Of a stretch of 64,000 bases of DNA, positions 13,074 through 26,495 are shown in pieces; within the stretch, counting starts at the first letter, position 1, and each line of letters starts with the position of its first letter. The position numbers and the translations under genes are program-made. The stretch lies in contig CM060731.1 of assembly GCA_030704615.1 (NCBI GenBank), forward strand, positions 4,154,001 to 4,218,000, in the 5' to 3' direction. This DNA comes from Takakia lepidozioides. Lineage: Eukaryota > Plantae > Bryophyta. The notes under the pieces were generated by a model. It was not told the origin of the DNA and searched no databases. It saw nothing but the letters and a program-made list of their open reading frames with translations.

Positions 13074-14649
13074 GATGCACCTGTGACAAAACTTATACAA
13101 ACTGGTTGGTAAACATAAAGGTACTCAAACAAAATACAAAGAAGACAAGGTGACAAAGAGAGTAGTAACATCTAGCAGAGCTGGGATTAGTAGATCACTG
13201 CAGGACGTTCTGGGGAAGTACTAGCTAGGGTCATTATGTCAACAAAGCTCTTACATACAATCTCCCTGCCTTATTCATCTTTGGAGACTTTGCTAGAAAT
13301 TGAGGGAGAGATAATTATAGTGGTTGCAAATAAACTGTTTTGATAGATTTTTTGCATTTCCAGGTCTGTAATTGATACAAAGATTTTCTGAGTTGTAGCA
13401 TGCCTAAGCCTCTCTATTTTGAGTGCAGTATTGCGGCATACCGCCCTAGAATTTGGACATGGAGGTGGTAACCAAGTACTTGTTAGAGCGTATGGAGAGG
13501 GTATTGTCCAGTTTAAGAAATTAGACTGATTGAGAGAATTGTCTGATTGGTGTTCATGACTGGAGTGATCAATGGGATTGTTCGATGTTTTGCGATCCGC
13601 CACTGTTTCATTGTCATTGCCTTGTGGGAGTGCGTCCAAACATTTGGTAGAGTGTAGATTTGTGAATATGTATGCTTGCAAATCTTGTAGTTGCTGACAT
13701 AATATGTTGGCATCATATGCAAGCAAGGCTTTGACCATAAGGTTCTTCCTCATTTCCATGAGTAGCAGATCTGCAGATCTGATGGCGCGACTTAGTGTTG
13801 TTATCTATATCCACTTCAGCTAGGAGACATTCACGGATTGCTCTTGAGCTTGTGTTATTTTGTATATTTGCAAATATTTCATAAAGTTTTTATTCTCTTC
13901 CCTTCCCTCTCCACCTTTGTCTGTTCCAATCATTTTATGATGTATATTTGGGAAACTTTTGCTACATTCTTTCTTCATTAATAAAAACTTAGTGAATTTA
14001 TTTCCCTCACCCCTTCTAATAGCAATTAAATCGGCTCTGATATACGCTATGTTAAAATCATAAATCTTATAACTCTTCTGTTTTATCTCTCTCCTCCATT
14101 CAGCACTCAGTTACCATTCATCATTGGTAGTGCGGAGCATCGCGAAGCCCTAGTTAGTAGACGCGGGTTAGCAAGGCTCAGCAGACCAAAAAATCTCTCA
14201 TTTGCGATGGAAAAGTGTTGCACATGGCACTCGATGGCTCCCTCGCAACATTTAGGCCGCGGGAGTGCCACACCGCAAACCCTCCCTACACCCTGTACTA
14301 GTGGAGGCAAATAAACTATCACTATCCCTGCCATGTGGGAATTGAAAGGAAGTTGTTGAAGAACCTAGTCTTGAAAGGTTAAGTCGAACCTATGGAGGTG
14401 CCCAATATGAGTTCTATCCGTATGTTACGTAAGTTGTGGCATGCTTCAGTTTTTGCAGGGTACTATTTCTATAACTATCAAACAACTTCGATAACAATAT
14501 CATTGGAAAATTTGAACTTTGATAAACGGTGTCACTGAAAAAGCTCGGGACTTCTCGTCTTTCAATTTTGAGTAGCATGTCATGGAAAAACTTTGTTTCT
14601 TTGAGTCTGTGCTTCACTTCCATTATAGTTCATCCTTGTGAGTAAATAT

Positions 14650-15000
14650 ACCATTTATACATGTGGGTTCAGATTAAGTTGGACCCCTCATGACCATGAT
14701 AAAATCATATGGATTTTTCGAGTGACGAACTACTTATGCAAGTGGGTCGAGGTTCAATCATTGGCTGCTAATGTATCAGCTGCAATAGCACAATTTTTCT
14801 TCAATGAAATAATTTTTGAGACATGGGTAATGTTCGAAAGAAATATTGATTGATTAAAAATGACAAATTTGTGTAATATTAAGTTAATGCGGATGATATG
14901 TTTCAACTTACGGGGTCAAGCATCGTACATTAGCCGCATATCATCCTCAATATAATGGGTTGACAAAAAGATTCAGCAAAACTATGTATATTATGCTGAC
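14650..15000 (+). pseudogene. Highly decayed Ty3/gypsy integrase fragment
   Basis: TNYLCKWVEVQSL..AAIAQFFFNEII and HRTLAAYHPQYNGLTKRFSKT (rve core motifs). Confidence 0.65.
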
Positions 15001-16688
15001 ATGATATCATGAATTGCATTGAATATAATCAATAATGTTGAGAAAGATTTTTCATGCTGTATTTCCAACTTCAATATTTACCTATATCAACTGTCAAATT
15101 GTCAATAAAATAAAATGTCCAAGAGGTATGGACTTTTGAACACGACAACTGTGGATTGTCACCGCTGCAAATGGAAATATATGGACTCAAAATAAGCCAT
15201 TGTGCTTTTGGTGTATTGCTTTGTTCTTTTGAGATAAGGGGGCCAATTTAGAGAACACTCTAGATTTCAATTTAAAATGACAATATCAACTGTCATTTAC
15301 TACCTATGGACTAAAATGAGTGTTATATATAGGTGAATTTGCTCTAGTTTAGTACATCTTGTGTTTTGGGGTTTTGTGGTGTCATATTTTACTGCAAATG
15401 ATACAAAATACATTGGCTTGTATATATATAAATCGATGTAAATTCTAATTTTTGATATATCAAAATTTATTCAAATTGAATACTAAAATTTATAGTAAAA
15501 ATTATCTTTGATGTTTGGGGTAAGACCCTTTATTAAAAATATCAAATATATCATTGTCTATCATCATTTGAAATTATCTGGGGAAATATCGTGAATTTAA
15601 ATTTGGTCATGGATTTCCATGGAAGGCAGCATCTGCCGTTATTGGTCCACCTTACCCTGCAACTACCCGGGTCGGCAATATCTTTTGTTGTCGCGACATC
15701 ACACTCCTCTTTGTCTGCATCACACTATGCATGTGGATTCACTTGTGCATTGTAAGTTGGCCCTTTTCATTTCACTTGTGTCAATGATTTAATATCCCTT
15801 ACGTCCTTACGCGTAAGCTACGCGTTCTTGAGTGCAAGTGATGATCTTATCAATGTGTTGGTGTTTTGGGCCATGACCGTGGCATGCTTTTCGGCAAGTG
15901 AAACTTGCCATTGTTTGGATGATAATTGTACTAGGCTAATATTATGAGTTTGGATTTGTTTTATGCCAACAGTAACCTAATAAGCTTAGCTGGAGCTAAT
16001 GTATGACTATGGTGGGTTGCAATTACGGCACCCTATGTAAGTTTCTCAGCTCCTGGTTGGTTGGATTAGCTTGGCTCTACCTACTTAATCCATGGGAGCT
16101 TGCGCTTTAGCTTGGAGATGATACTTTGTATGAACTCCTGTGGCTTTGCTGTGGATGAATGTAACCATCTAGATGAAACAAAAATTCTAGTTTGTATGTG
16201 TTGATATGCCCCACTTCTAGCTTTGTCAGCTCTATTCCATTGTACAGTTGTAGGTATATTGGGTGCTTGCAATGTAACAGAAGATGCGGCCATGTGTTTA
16301 CTTGGGAACACACTAGATATATGATGATAGGAGTTTCAGCATGGTATACTTACCTGTTGTGTGGTTGGGGTGGTTGTCAAGGGGAGTCGCCTCTAATGGA
16401 TGTGCTGTCAAATCCCCATCCCTTGCTCCTTGTCGGTGCTATCCGCATACATTGTTTGTAAATTAAAAAATGAAAAGGAGTGGTTAAGAATGGCAATAAA
16501 GTGACAAGTAGCTTGATGGATGGATACATACATTGTTAGTATTGATGTAGAAAGTTCAAATCTTGTATGCACCTCGGGGATCATGAACATGGAGAGCAAT
16601 CCCCATTCCAAAGGATGAGGAGGGGATCAAGGACCGGGACTAGGGGAGCAAAGACAAGGATAGGGGAGCGGGACTGGGAACGAGGAAA

Positions 16689-16735
16689 GGAGCAGGGGAG
16701 CGGAGCAGGGGAGCGGAGCAGGGGAGCGGAGCTGG
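16689..16735 (+). repeat. 13-bp minisatellite (GGAGCAGGGGAGC), about 3.5 copies
   Basis: Visible tandem repeat. Confidence 0.8.
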
Positions 16736-18929
16736 GATCTTGGACTTACAATTATTTTGGAGATGAAAAATACATTAACTAGTTGAAAATGCAACCAATC
16801 ATTCAATATGCTTTGACTACCACAAATTGAGCCTCAAACCTCACCATTATAATGCATATCATCTCACCATCATGCTATTTTCCACTCCTAGCCAACTCTT
16901 GATTTTTTATTGTTTTATTCTGGGCTCGCAGGTGAGAGGGGAGTAGGGGGGGAGGGGGTGGGTATTTGACATCCCCGGCGATCATATCGGCAAGGCCCCC
17001 ACGCTTTCAACTCGTTGGGTAAGCGTAGTCTTCTCCCATGTGGAGACTATGTTTTGAATGTGCACATTTAAATTAAAAAAAGACAACTTGAAATCTTTGT
17101 GGGAATTGAAAGCATAAATATGCGGATCTATGCGTCATTCTATTGGGTATCCTTGACTCATCATTGCATAACTTGTCCGCCCCGGGCCAGTAAATATAAA
17201 TTAAATATATATCACAATGATTTACTATCATTATTTAAAAATGGATGAAATATAGTTATTTATTATGACTTTATTACTTAAATGTGGCTATGTTTGAGGA
17301 TTTCATCCCATTTGCATTTAACTTTGTTATGTTATTTTATTTTATTTGCATTTTCTTACTTGCCTTAACCCTTAAACTAACTCCTCTTCCGCTTCCCCTA
17401 AGTTTGAAAAGTTCGATATTAACTGGAAGCATGTTAGAACGAATACCAAAACGAAGCTCTTCCACCACATATAGAGCGTTCTCAATGCATCCTTGGTGTC
17501 TCTCTTCCTCTCATGCCCTCTCTCTTACCCTACCATGCTCACTTTGACTTTCAAGTATCATAGTTCTGTTACTTGGTTTATCAACATTGTTGGCCTGTGG
17601 TCATGGCCTTGCCTTTCTCCATGGGTCCTTACCTCCGTGGTGTTTACTAGTTCTCATAGTTATACTGGTCTCTAGTTAGCATAGTTACACTACATTGTTA
17701 ATGATTACACTTCTTTGGGTTATCCGTCACGGTTCGCCGTGTGTTTGGTTATGCCGGCCAATGGCCTTTAAGGGTTTTTATTTGTTTTCCCTTCAATAAT
17801 CTGAATAAAGTTTACCCAGGGCCACCGTCCCCTGTTCACTTATATATATATATATATATGAGCACCTTTTTTGTGGGCCCACTAAAAAAGAGTTCATACC
17901 CTCATCGATGAGGATGTGACTTTTTGTGACCCCAAATCATATCAACTCTCATTCTCACACATCTCGTATGACTCAACAACTTGGAAGTGTTGGGAGAGTG
18001 ACGCTTGGCTTGAGCCCGCTGCTTCAGACATTTGACTGTCTGTATCTGGCCAGATATGTTCTCTCAACGCTGAGTTCACCTCCTCACTAAATCCAGTGGG
18101 GTCTCCCTCTTCTCTTCTCTTCTCTCCTTCCAACCCAAGATAAAAGTGACTGACGTCTGAATAGAAACCTAAAGTTGTGCGATTTTCATCAGGTGTCTAG
18201 GCCATCACAAAGTAGGGGGTGAGGGCAAAGACAACAAGACAAGCAGCCAAGAATGAGTTGCAACTAACCCTTAGTACATGCTGCTCAACAAGACCCCAAT
18301 GTGTAAGTATGGTTGCGGCCTCTTTATGCTCTACGGCAGGGGATTTTGGGAGATTATAACAAAATAATCTGCCCCAAATTTTAAAATGTACTCCAAAATT
18401 GCATGGCAAAAAAGGTTTGACCACAAAATTCAAGTATTAAGTTAAGTTTTCTCAAACAGAGGCCCTCCATAATCCGATTATATGACACCTAAAGGACTGT
18501 CTACCCCAAAAAAATCAGACCAAAATTCCAAAACTTGAGATAGGCTGCTTTGTAAGTGAAATTTGGGGGATAAATTGTCATGTTTTGGCTTGAGTCTTTC
18601 CCAAGTAACCCCATGAGGTGATATTGTTTTCTAATTCCTCTGGTAAATAAGTGCACAATAACATTACATAGTGTTTAGTCAAAGATTTTTTGGCATTATG
18701 ATAAATTTTCAGCTCTAGATGCTACTTACAAGATGGCTTATTGGGCATGCCACGTGGGCAGGTCGGTGGAACACTGGACTTCCATGCCCTTTTATATATA
18801 TATTTTTATATATTTTTAGGGGAAAAGGGAGGAAAACCCTTATAGGCCCGAAGGCTGGCCTATAAGGTCCCTTGGCACTTTGGAGAATTTTAAGTAGAGA
18901 GCATAGTGTTTATTGGCTCTGACCCTTAA

Positions 18930-19778
18930 CCCCTAATGGACGAGGTGACCCGTTTCGGGTTGCGTCAGGGTCGCGTCAGAAATCATCCACGATGGCAAAT
19001 CGTTGGATGACCTTGGATGAAAAAACTTTCTGAACGAAAGTTGTGCGCCTTGATGTCATGCACCTGCCTGTCTTTATGGCACCCTAAAATAATAAAAGCC
19101 TTGCCGTCAGTAATTTTTTAGTGTGCACGGGTGCCCAAAATTGGTCGTCCGACAGCTTTGACTTAGCGACGTGGCAGGCTCAAGGGGTGACAACAAGGCA
19201 AGAGTACAAATGGAAACAAATGCAAATCTCTGCCTAAATTTTTGTTAGAATTCTGAATTTCTTTTTGGAGGTAGTAGTTCATCATTCAAGGAACACTTTC
19301 ACCGCAGCAATTGTGATTCCAAGGAAATTTGGACCCCCCTAGAAGCCTGAATTACATGTCATTTGAGCTTCATGGTGTGTTTTGACCCCCCTGTTTTTCC
19401 ATACAAAGCAACCTTATCAAGATTTTGGAATTATGCTTTGAAATTTTGGGGCAACATGCTTTAAGTGCCACATAATTGGAATCTGGATGGGGTCTTGTGA
19501 GGAAAAAATATTTTGTCGATCCAATTTCCTGGTCAAACCATTTTTCCACTCTAAATTTGGAGTGTACCCCAAATTTTGGGCTTGCAAATTTCTTATATTC
19601 TTCCAAACGACACGGTGGAATGAGCTGAAATTTTCACAGAAGCTGGATGAAGTAGGTAGCCTCCCATTCATACGGTTCATCCCTGTGGATGTTAGTTTTT
19701 TGAGAGATAGACCCTCATCCATGAGGGTATGTCCTGTTTTGGAGGGGGCCCACCAAAAACTACCTCGTCCATTAGGGG
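18930..19778. mobile_element. piggyBac-like non-autonomous element
   Basis: TTAA|CCCCTAATGGACGAGGT ... ACCTCGTCCATTAGGGG|TTAA: perfect 17-bp TIR with TTAA on both sides (18926-18929, 19779-19782). Confidence 0.7.
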
Positions 19779-20329
19779 TTAAGGGTAGCGACTTTGCATC
19801 ATGTTGAAGTGAATGGAGAAAATGTGGTCAACGGACCTTACACCGTGTCTAGAGTATGATTGGTCTAAAAAGCTCTTAAGTACAAACCACGTGGGAGCTT
19901 GTCAAAGGACAGAGCCTGTTGCGGTTTGCGGCTTGTTAATACGCTGTGAATTCCCACATGTGCTCCTCCCTAACCTAAATAATTTATCCTTCAGGGTTCA
20001 CTACCATCCACTCTCATCCATGAAGCTGGATAGTGGCAAAAATCTGACGCGCATTGTCCTTTAGCCTAGGGATTAACTTAGCAAGGTTATTTTATTTTAT
20101 TTCATGTTTTGTGAGAAAAAGGACAATGCCCAAAATTGATTTAAAACGGCTATAAAAAACCTTTGTACTTGCAGGGACGTTATCTTACAGAATATCACGT
20201 CAACAGCTGTTTGGGACCTTACGGCGTAAGATCCCGTCTTGGGGATCCTACGCATAAGACCTTACGCCCTGTAATTGTTTCTTTTTTAAATTCATTTCTT
20301 TTATCTTAGTTCTAGGGACCTGAGCCATC

Positions 20330-23300
20330 TGTTGGAAATCAACTCCTGACCAAGTGACTACTACCTAGAGTTACTGTGACGACAAGTTAGGCTTCCATAA
20401 TAGCAGTGCTAACAAGTCACAGTTAACAATAGAGATAAGCCTCAGTTAGCTAAAAGATAACTAAAAATTAGCTTCAGTTATTAGTGACTCAAGTCATTGT
20501 ACCAGAATAGCAGGTGGAGATAACTTAAGTAAAAGCATGGAGTTATGCTATAGCTATCTCAGCTATTTATGGATTAGACTTTGAGTATAAATAGGGAGAG
20601 CTCGGAGGGTGGACACAGCTTATTGTGGTCTTATGGTTGGGTGGAGAGTTATCAGTAATCAGTTCATCTTTTACCTCTATTCTCTGTCGAATTCCAACAT
20701 GGTATCAGAGCTTGGTTCTGTCTGAGAGATAGAGGGAGATGAGTATTTGATTTACAACCAATAGGGTTGAGTGCTTGGAGTCAGATCTGAAAAGCTTGAG
20801 TGCTTTGGAGTTGAGTGTTTTGAGTTAGATCTGAAAGTTTGAGGGTGACATTTTATAGTTGGCAAAACATCAAACTAGCATCATGGCACCTTTTGCTGAT
20901 CATATCCGAGTGGAGAAGTTAGATGGTCACAATTTTCATACATGGAAGATTAAGATGGAGTTCATTCTTCATGAGAAAGATCTGTGGGAGATCACATCAG
21001 GAGAAGCGGTTGCACCAGTTCAACTGTAGCCTGAAGATGGAGAGATCATAGCCGCAGGGTTGACTCCTGAGCAACAACTTTTTGCGAAGAAAGATAAGTT
21101 GGCTCGAGGAACCATGTTGTTGAATGTGGCAGATTCTTTACTTCATCATGTTGCACATGCAAAACCGCTAGAGAAGCATGGAATATCTCTGTGTCAATTT
21201 TGAGAGGAAGCATGTTGTCAATCGGCTATATCTTAACCAGGAGTTATATAGCTTAAAGATGGAGGAAGGAAACTCAGTGCAAGATCACATTGATAAGGTC
21301 CAAATCATTAGTGATCATTTGTCTAGCATTGGTCATCCAGTTTCAGATGAAGATCTGGCATTTATTCTTCTCTTCATATCAGACATTGGTAGTATCTCTT
21401 GGTACACATAGTAGTGGTCTGACTATGGACCTAGTTATAGGACAATTATTGCAAGAAGAGATGCGTTGCAAACGAGAGAATCATGTCTTTAGTAGAAGTC
21501 AGGCTACAATGACATTGAATGTCAAGACTTCAGGAAGTTCAAAGTCTCAGAAGGCAATGGTTAATTTTGCAAAGAAAGGGACTGAGATCAAGAAGAAGAA
21601 ACATGAAGCCTGTTTCTTTTGTGACATGAGAGGTCACTATGCACGTGATTGCTTCAAGAGAAAACTAGACAATGAGAAGAAGAAGAGGTTTCAAAATGAG
21701 GTTTCAGCATTGGCTGAAAGAACTGAATTTCTTGTTGTAGCTTTGTCAATCTCTACGAGTTGCAGAGATGCATGGTTCATTGATTCAGGGGCATCTCAGC
21801 ACATGACGTTCCAGAATGAAGCATTCTCAACCTTCAAAGAACTCTCTGTGGGACACAAAGTGTATCTTGGAGACAACAGTACTAGTCTTGATATCCATGG
21901 AAAAGGTATTGTTGTGTTTCAATTATCATCTGGAGTGTCGAAGGAGATCGGAGGAGTTCTCTTTGTTCCTGGATTGACAAAGAACCTATTGTCAGTTAGT
22001 TAGCTAACTGAGCAAAGTTTTACGGTTGAATTTTCTACCAATCATTGTTGGGTGAAGTTTGACAGTGAAGTGATAGCTGAGGCAGTGAAAGATGCAAGAT
22101 TGTATAAGCTAGTGGGGGTTGTCCAGGCTTTACATGCGGAGTGTACTACTACGCTCAAGCAGAGTGACCTCTGGCATCAGAGACTTGGACATGTCTCAAT
22201 GCAAAGTTTGGCATGCATGTCAGCTAACAATCTGGTTAAGGGCATGGATCTTACAGGAGATCGGATCTTGAGTTTTTGTGACGGATGTGTATACGATAAA
22301 CACCATCGTAACTCATTTCCAAATGATGGAGGTTCTCGAACAAATAAGGTTCTTGAGCTGGTTCATACAGATCTATGCGGTCCTATGTCAACTGAATCTC
22401 ATGGAGGTGCAAAGTATTTCTTGACCTTCATTGATGATTTTTCCAGGAAAACATTTCTCTACACGATGCAAAACAAGTTTGGAGTTCTTGATAGGTTTAA
22501 GGCATTCAAAGCTTTGGTGGAGAATCAAACTGGAGAAAATATCAAAGCTCTTCGGTGTGATGGTGGTAGTGAGTACATCTCAAAGAACTTTAACCAATTC
22601 TGTAGGGAGAATGATATTGTGAAACAATCAACCAGACCATATACGCCAGAACAGAATGGAGTTGCAGAGAGGAAGAATCGAACACTTGTTGAGAGTGTGA
22701 GGTGTATGTTGCAACACATGAGGTTGGACCACCGTTTCTGGGCAGAAGCAGTGGCGACTGCAGCATACCTCCAGAATCGACTTCCTACTAAGGCAATCTC
22801 TACAAAGACACCTGAAGAGGTTTGGAAGGGTGAGAAACCTTCAGTTGAACATTTGTGCGTCTTTGGGTGTGTTGCATTTGCCCATGTTCCAAAAGAAGTA
22901 AAGAAGAAATTGGATGCAAAAGCAATCAAGTGTATCTTCATTGGTTATTGTGAAGAAACCAAAGGGTATAAGTTGTATAACCCTGAGAGCAAGTATGTGT
23001 TCATCAGTCATGATGTGATATTCAACGAGTCCAAGAACTTTCATCACAAAACAGTAGTTCCAAGTTTGGACCATGAAAAAGAGAACTTGGCTCTAACACA
23101 TGAAGATAAAATGGAAGAGAAGATTGTTGAAGAGACAGTTGAGGTTCAAATGGAGGAGGTACAATCTACTATGATTGAAAAACCCTCAAATGTATCTTCT
23201 GTCTATTTGTGATGAACCTCAAAGTGTGTCAGATGCAATGAGGAGTGTGAACTCTTTACACTGGAAGGAAGCTATGGCATCTGAGTTTAAGTCTCTTCAG

Positions 23301-25193
23301 AATAATAAGACTTGGAGTCTTGTTCAACTTCCATCTGGACGGTAGTCTGTTGGCTACAAATGGATTTTCAAGGTTAAGTACAATGCAGATGGTTCTGTAG
23401 CAAGGTACAAATCGCGCTTGGTTGCAAAGGGTTTTTCGCAAATTGAAGGTAGTGATTACAATGAAACCTTCTCCTCTGTTGCACGGATGGAGTCAATTCG
23501 AGTGATTCTAGCGCTTGCTATTGTTAAAAATCTTGAGGTACATCAGATGGATGTATGTACAGTCTTTCTCAATGGAGATCTTATGGAAGAAATATGGACC
23601 AGCCGGAGGGATTTGCTGAAAAAGGGAAGGAGATGATGGTGTGTAAGCTCCTCAAGTCCTTGTATGGTTTGAAGCAATCCCCTAGGGCATAGAATGCTAA
23701 GATTGATGCATATTTCATGGCTGAAGAGTTTGAGAGGAGCTCTACTGATTATAGACTATAAGAGGGCTCATGGAAACTCTTTTGTGATCATAACACTGTA
23801 CGTTGATGATCTGATTTTGGTCTCTAATGACTTGGCTCTGTTGAAAAAGACAAAGAACGATATCTCAATGAAGTTTGAGATGGTGGATCTGAACGAGATC
23901 CAGTACTGCTTGGGGGTATCGGTAACTCGTGTTCGACAAGACCGAACGATTTACCTGAACCAACGTAAGTATCTTGAAGATATCTTAAGACGTTTTGGTA
24001 TGGCTGAAAGTATGCCGGTAAATATCCCGTTGTCCCAAATTGCAAACTCTCAAAGGAGATGAGTCCTAAGAGTGCTGCAGACTTGGAGACAATGAGAGAT
24101 GTTCCCTATCAGAGTGTTGTGGGAAGTCTCATGTATGCAATGGTCTATACTAGGCCAAATATTGCACAAGTAGTGGGGGTTGTAAGCCAATTTGTGGCTA
24201 ACCCTGGGCAACTCCATTGGGTTGCAGTAAAACGAATTTTTCGTTATCTAAGAGGCACACTAGACTATGGTTTGTGCTTGAGAAAGAACAATGATAATGT
24301 TCAGTTGGATCAAGTGGGTTCATATGGTATCTCAGATAGTGCTTGTAAAAGCACAGAACTATACGGCTATCGTGATGCAGATTGGGCTGGTAATGTTGAT
24401 GACCGTCACTCTACATCTAGCAAATGGAGCTGTAAGCTGGAGCAGCAAGAAGCAATCTACAATTGCTATGTCCTCGACTGAGGCAGAATATATGGGTGCA
24501 TATCAAGCTACAAGACAAGCTATGGTTATCATCATTTCTATCAAGTATTGGTCGTCCGTAGAGGGATACCATGGTCATACATGATGACAACCAATGGTAT
24601 ATTGCTTCTAAAAGAATCCAATGTTTCATGCTCGCACAAAGCATATTGAGATTCATCATCATTTGGTACGAGAGAAGACTGAAGTTGAAGTTTTCAAGCT
24701 TGTATATTGCAACACCAACAACATGGTTGCAGACATACTGACAAAATGGGCTTAGTGCTGAAAAGCTTGAACGCTTTCGAGGCTTGATGGGAGTAGTTAA
24801 GTGCTTCACTTGGTAACTTGTTGAGTGGGAGTGTTGGAAATCAACTCCTGATCAAGTTATTACTACCTAGAGTTACTGTGACGACAAGTCAGGCTTCCAT
24901 AATAGCAGTGCTGACAAGTCACAGTTAACAATAGAGATAAACCTCAGTTAGCTAAAAGATAGCTAAAAGTTAGCTTCAGTTATTAGTGACTAAGTCATTG
25001 TACCAGAATAACAGGTGGAGATAACTTAAGTAAAAACATGGAGTTATGCTATAGTTATCTCAGCTATTTCTGGATTAGACTTTGAGTATAGGGAGAGCTT
25101 GGAGGGTCGACACCTTGTTGTGGTCTTATGGTTGGGTGGAGAGTTCTCAGTAATTAGTTCATCTTTTACCTCTATTCTCTGTCGAATCCAACA
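20330..25193 (+). mobile_element. Full-length, decayed Ty1/copia LTR retrotransposon
   Basis: LTRs at 20330-20699 and 24832-25193 (TGTTGG...CCAACA). 5-bp TSD CCATC (20325-20329, 25194-25198). PBS TGGTATCAGAGC (tRNA-iMet type) at 20700. Purine tract GAGTGGGAG just before the 3' LTR. Confidence 0.97.
20883..24815 (+). pseudogene. Copia gag-pol (gag, CCHC knuckle, protease, GAG-pre-integrase, integrase, RT, RNase H) with stops and frameshifts
   Basis: CFFCDMRGHYARDC, WFIDSGASQHM, LWHQRLGH, LVHTDLCGP, TPEQNGVAERKNRTL, HQMDV, LYVDD, DADWAG, SSTEAEY, in copia order PR-IN-RT-RH. Confidence 0.95.
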
Positions 25194-26495
25194 CCATCCA
25201 CCTAGATCTTCAAGAGATCTCATCCATCCACCGTGGGAAAGAACGAAGAACAAAGAACCCTCTCTTATAGAGAGAGCAAGTCCCCCGGGCCCACCTTGGT
25301 GCTCGAGTCCTAGAGTGCATGGGGCTACGCCCTCGGACTACTCCCTACGCCCCTACGCCTATGAGGGGGGTTTTCCGTTTTTCCCTATGTAGGTATACGT
25401 ATACAGAATAAAGGCCATATTTTTTCCTTTCTATTTAAGGGGGAAAATAGAAATTCTCGGAGAAAAGGATCCGAGTCCCTTACGTGTGGCAAGAAGCAAG
25501 TGGATGAAGGAAGCGGACTCCTGGGTCCAGTGTGCAAAACACCGAAATCCCGGCAGCGCGAAGCGATGATTGGACGATCGGACGACAGCAAGAAGGGCGG
25601 CATCATTCCCCGAGGAAGCGCGATGGAGGCGTCCGCTTTGACTGCCCGCGCCTGTGGTGGCGCCACGCGCCCAGCAGTGCGCGGCCTGCACTGCTTGCCA
25701 CCGTCGTCGTCCTCCCTTTTTTGGGGTGGCTTTTGCATGTTGCGCGGGCAGAGGCTTTGGCGCTTGGTTTCATTGAGAAGCTTCCTGTCGAGTGTTCTAT
25801 TCCGACATTTTTGGGAATATGATTAGGCAGGCTGAATAGAATAAGAGGGAAGAGGTGATGCAGAGTCACGCTGGGGATATCCTTTCCCACGAGTAGCAGG
25901 AGTCTAATGTTCTGCTCTCGAGTCCGTGTCCTGCCTCTGTCCTAAAGGGATGCCTTGCTTTCATCGCTGAACTGCGTGAATTTTGGTGTCAAGAAGGGTA
26001 AGATACAGTTATGGATCGCTCGCAGGTCACGCATATCTTGCTTCGAATAATGTTTAGTACAGAAGATCCTTACGGTTTTTATCAAGTTGTTGTGAAAGGT
26101 CTGTTGAGGAAAAAGGTTATTCTCTGATTCTTACTCTGTGGTCACTCCTGCAAGCGGATCTGTATTCCGTTGCCTCAATTCTCTGTTCGACTGTTGGGGA
26201 TCCAATTTGCATTCGGAGTTTGGGCGGGAAGTTCTTCCTGAGAACATCTTCACTTGAAGAAGATTCTTGAGTGGTCATAATGAAGAAGATTGGTTGTTTT
26301 TATAACGTCCACTTTTCCCCTCCTACCGTTCCAATTCTCTAGAGTGAAAATCAAAGAGTGACTAGCGTGCGTGCCCCTTACTGGAAAATTATTCTGAAGA
26401 ATTGGGGAGGTTTCGAGTTTGGATACAAATCTTTCTCAAATTGGTTTTGGCGGTTTTCCGGAACGTACCGCACACAGAGGAGGGAAACCAAGCAG

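Noticed and set aside
13271-14100. Long minus-strand reading frame, possibly a LINE C-terminus
   Set aside because: No recognisable RT, endonuclease or zinc-finger motif, and it has internal stops, so no call is supported.
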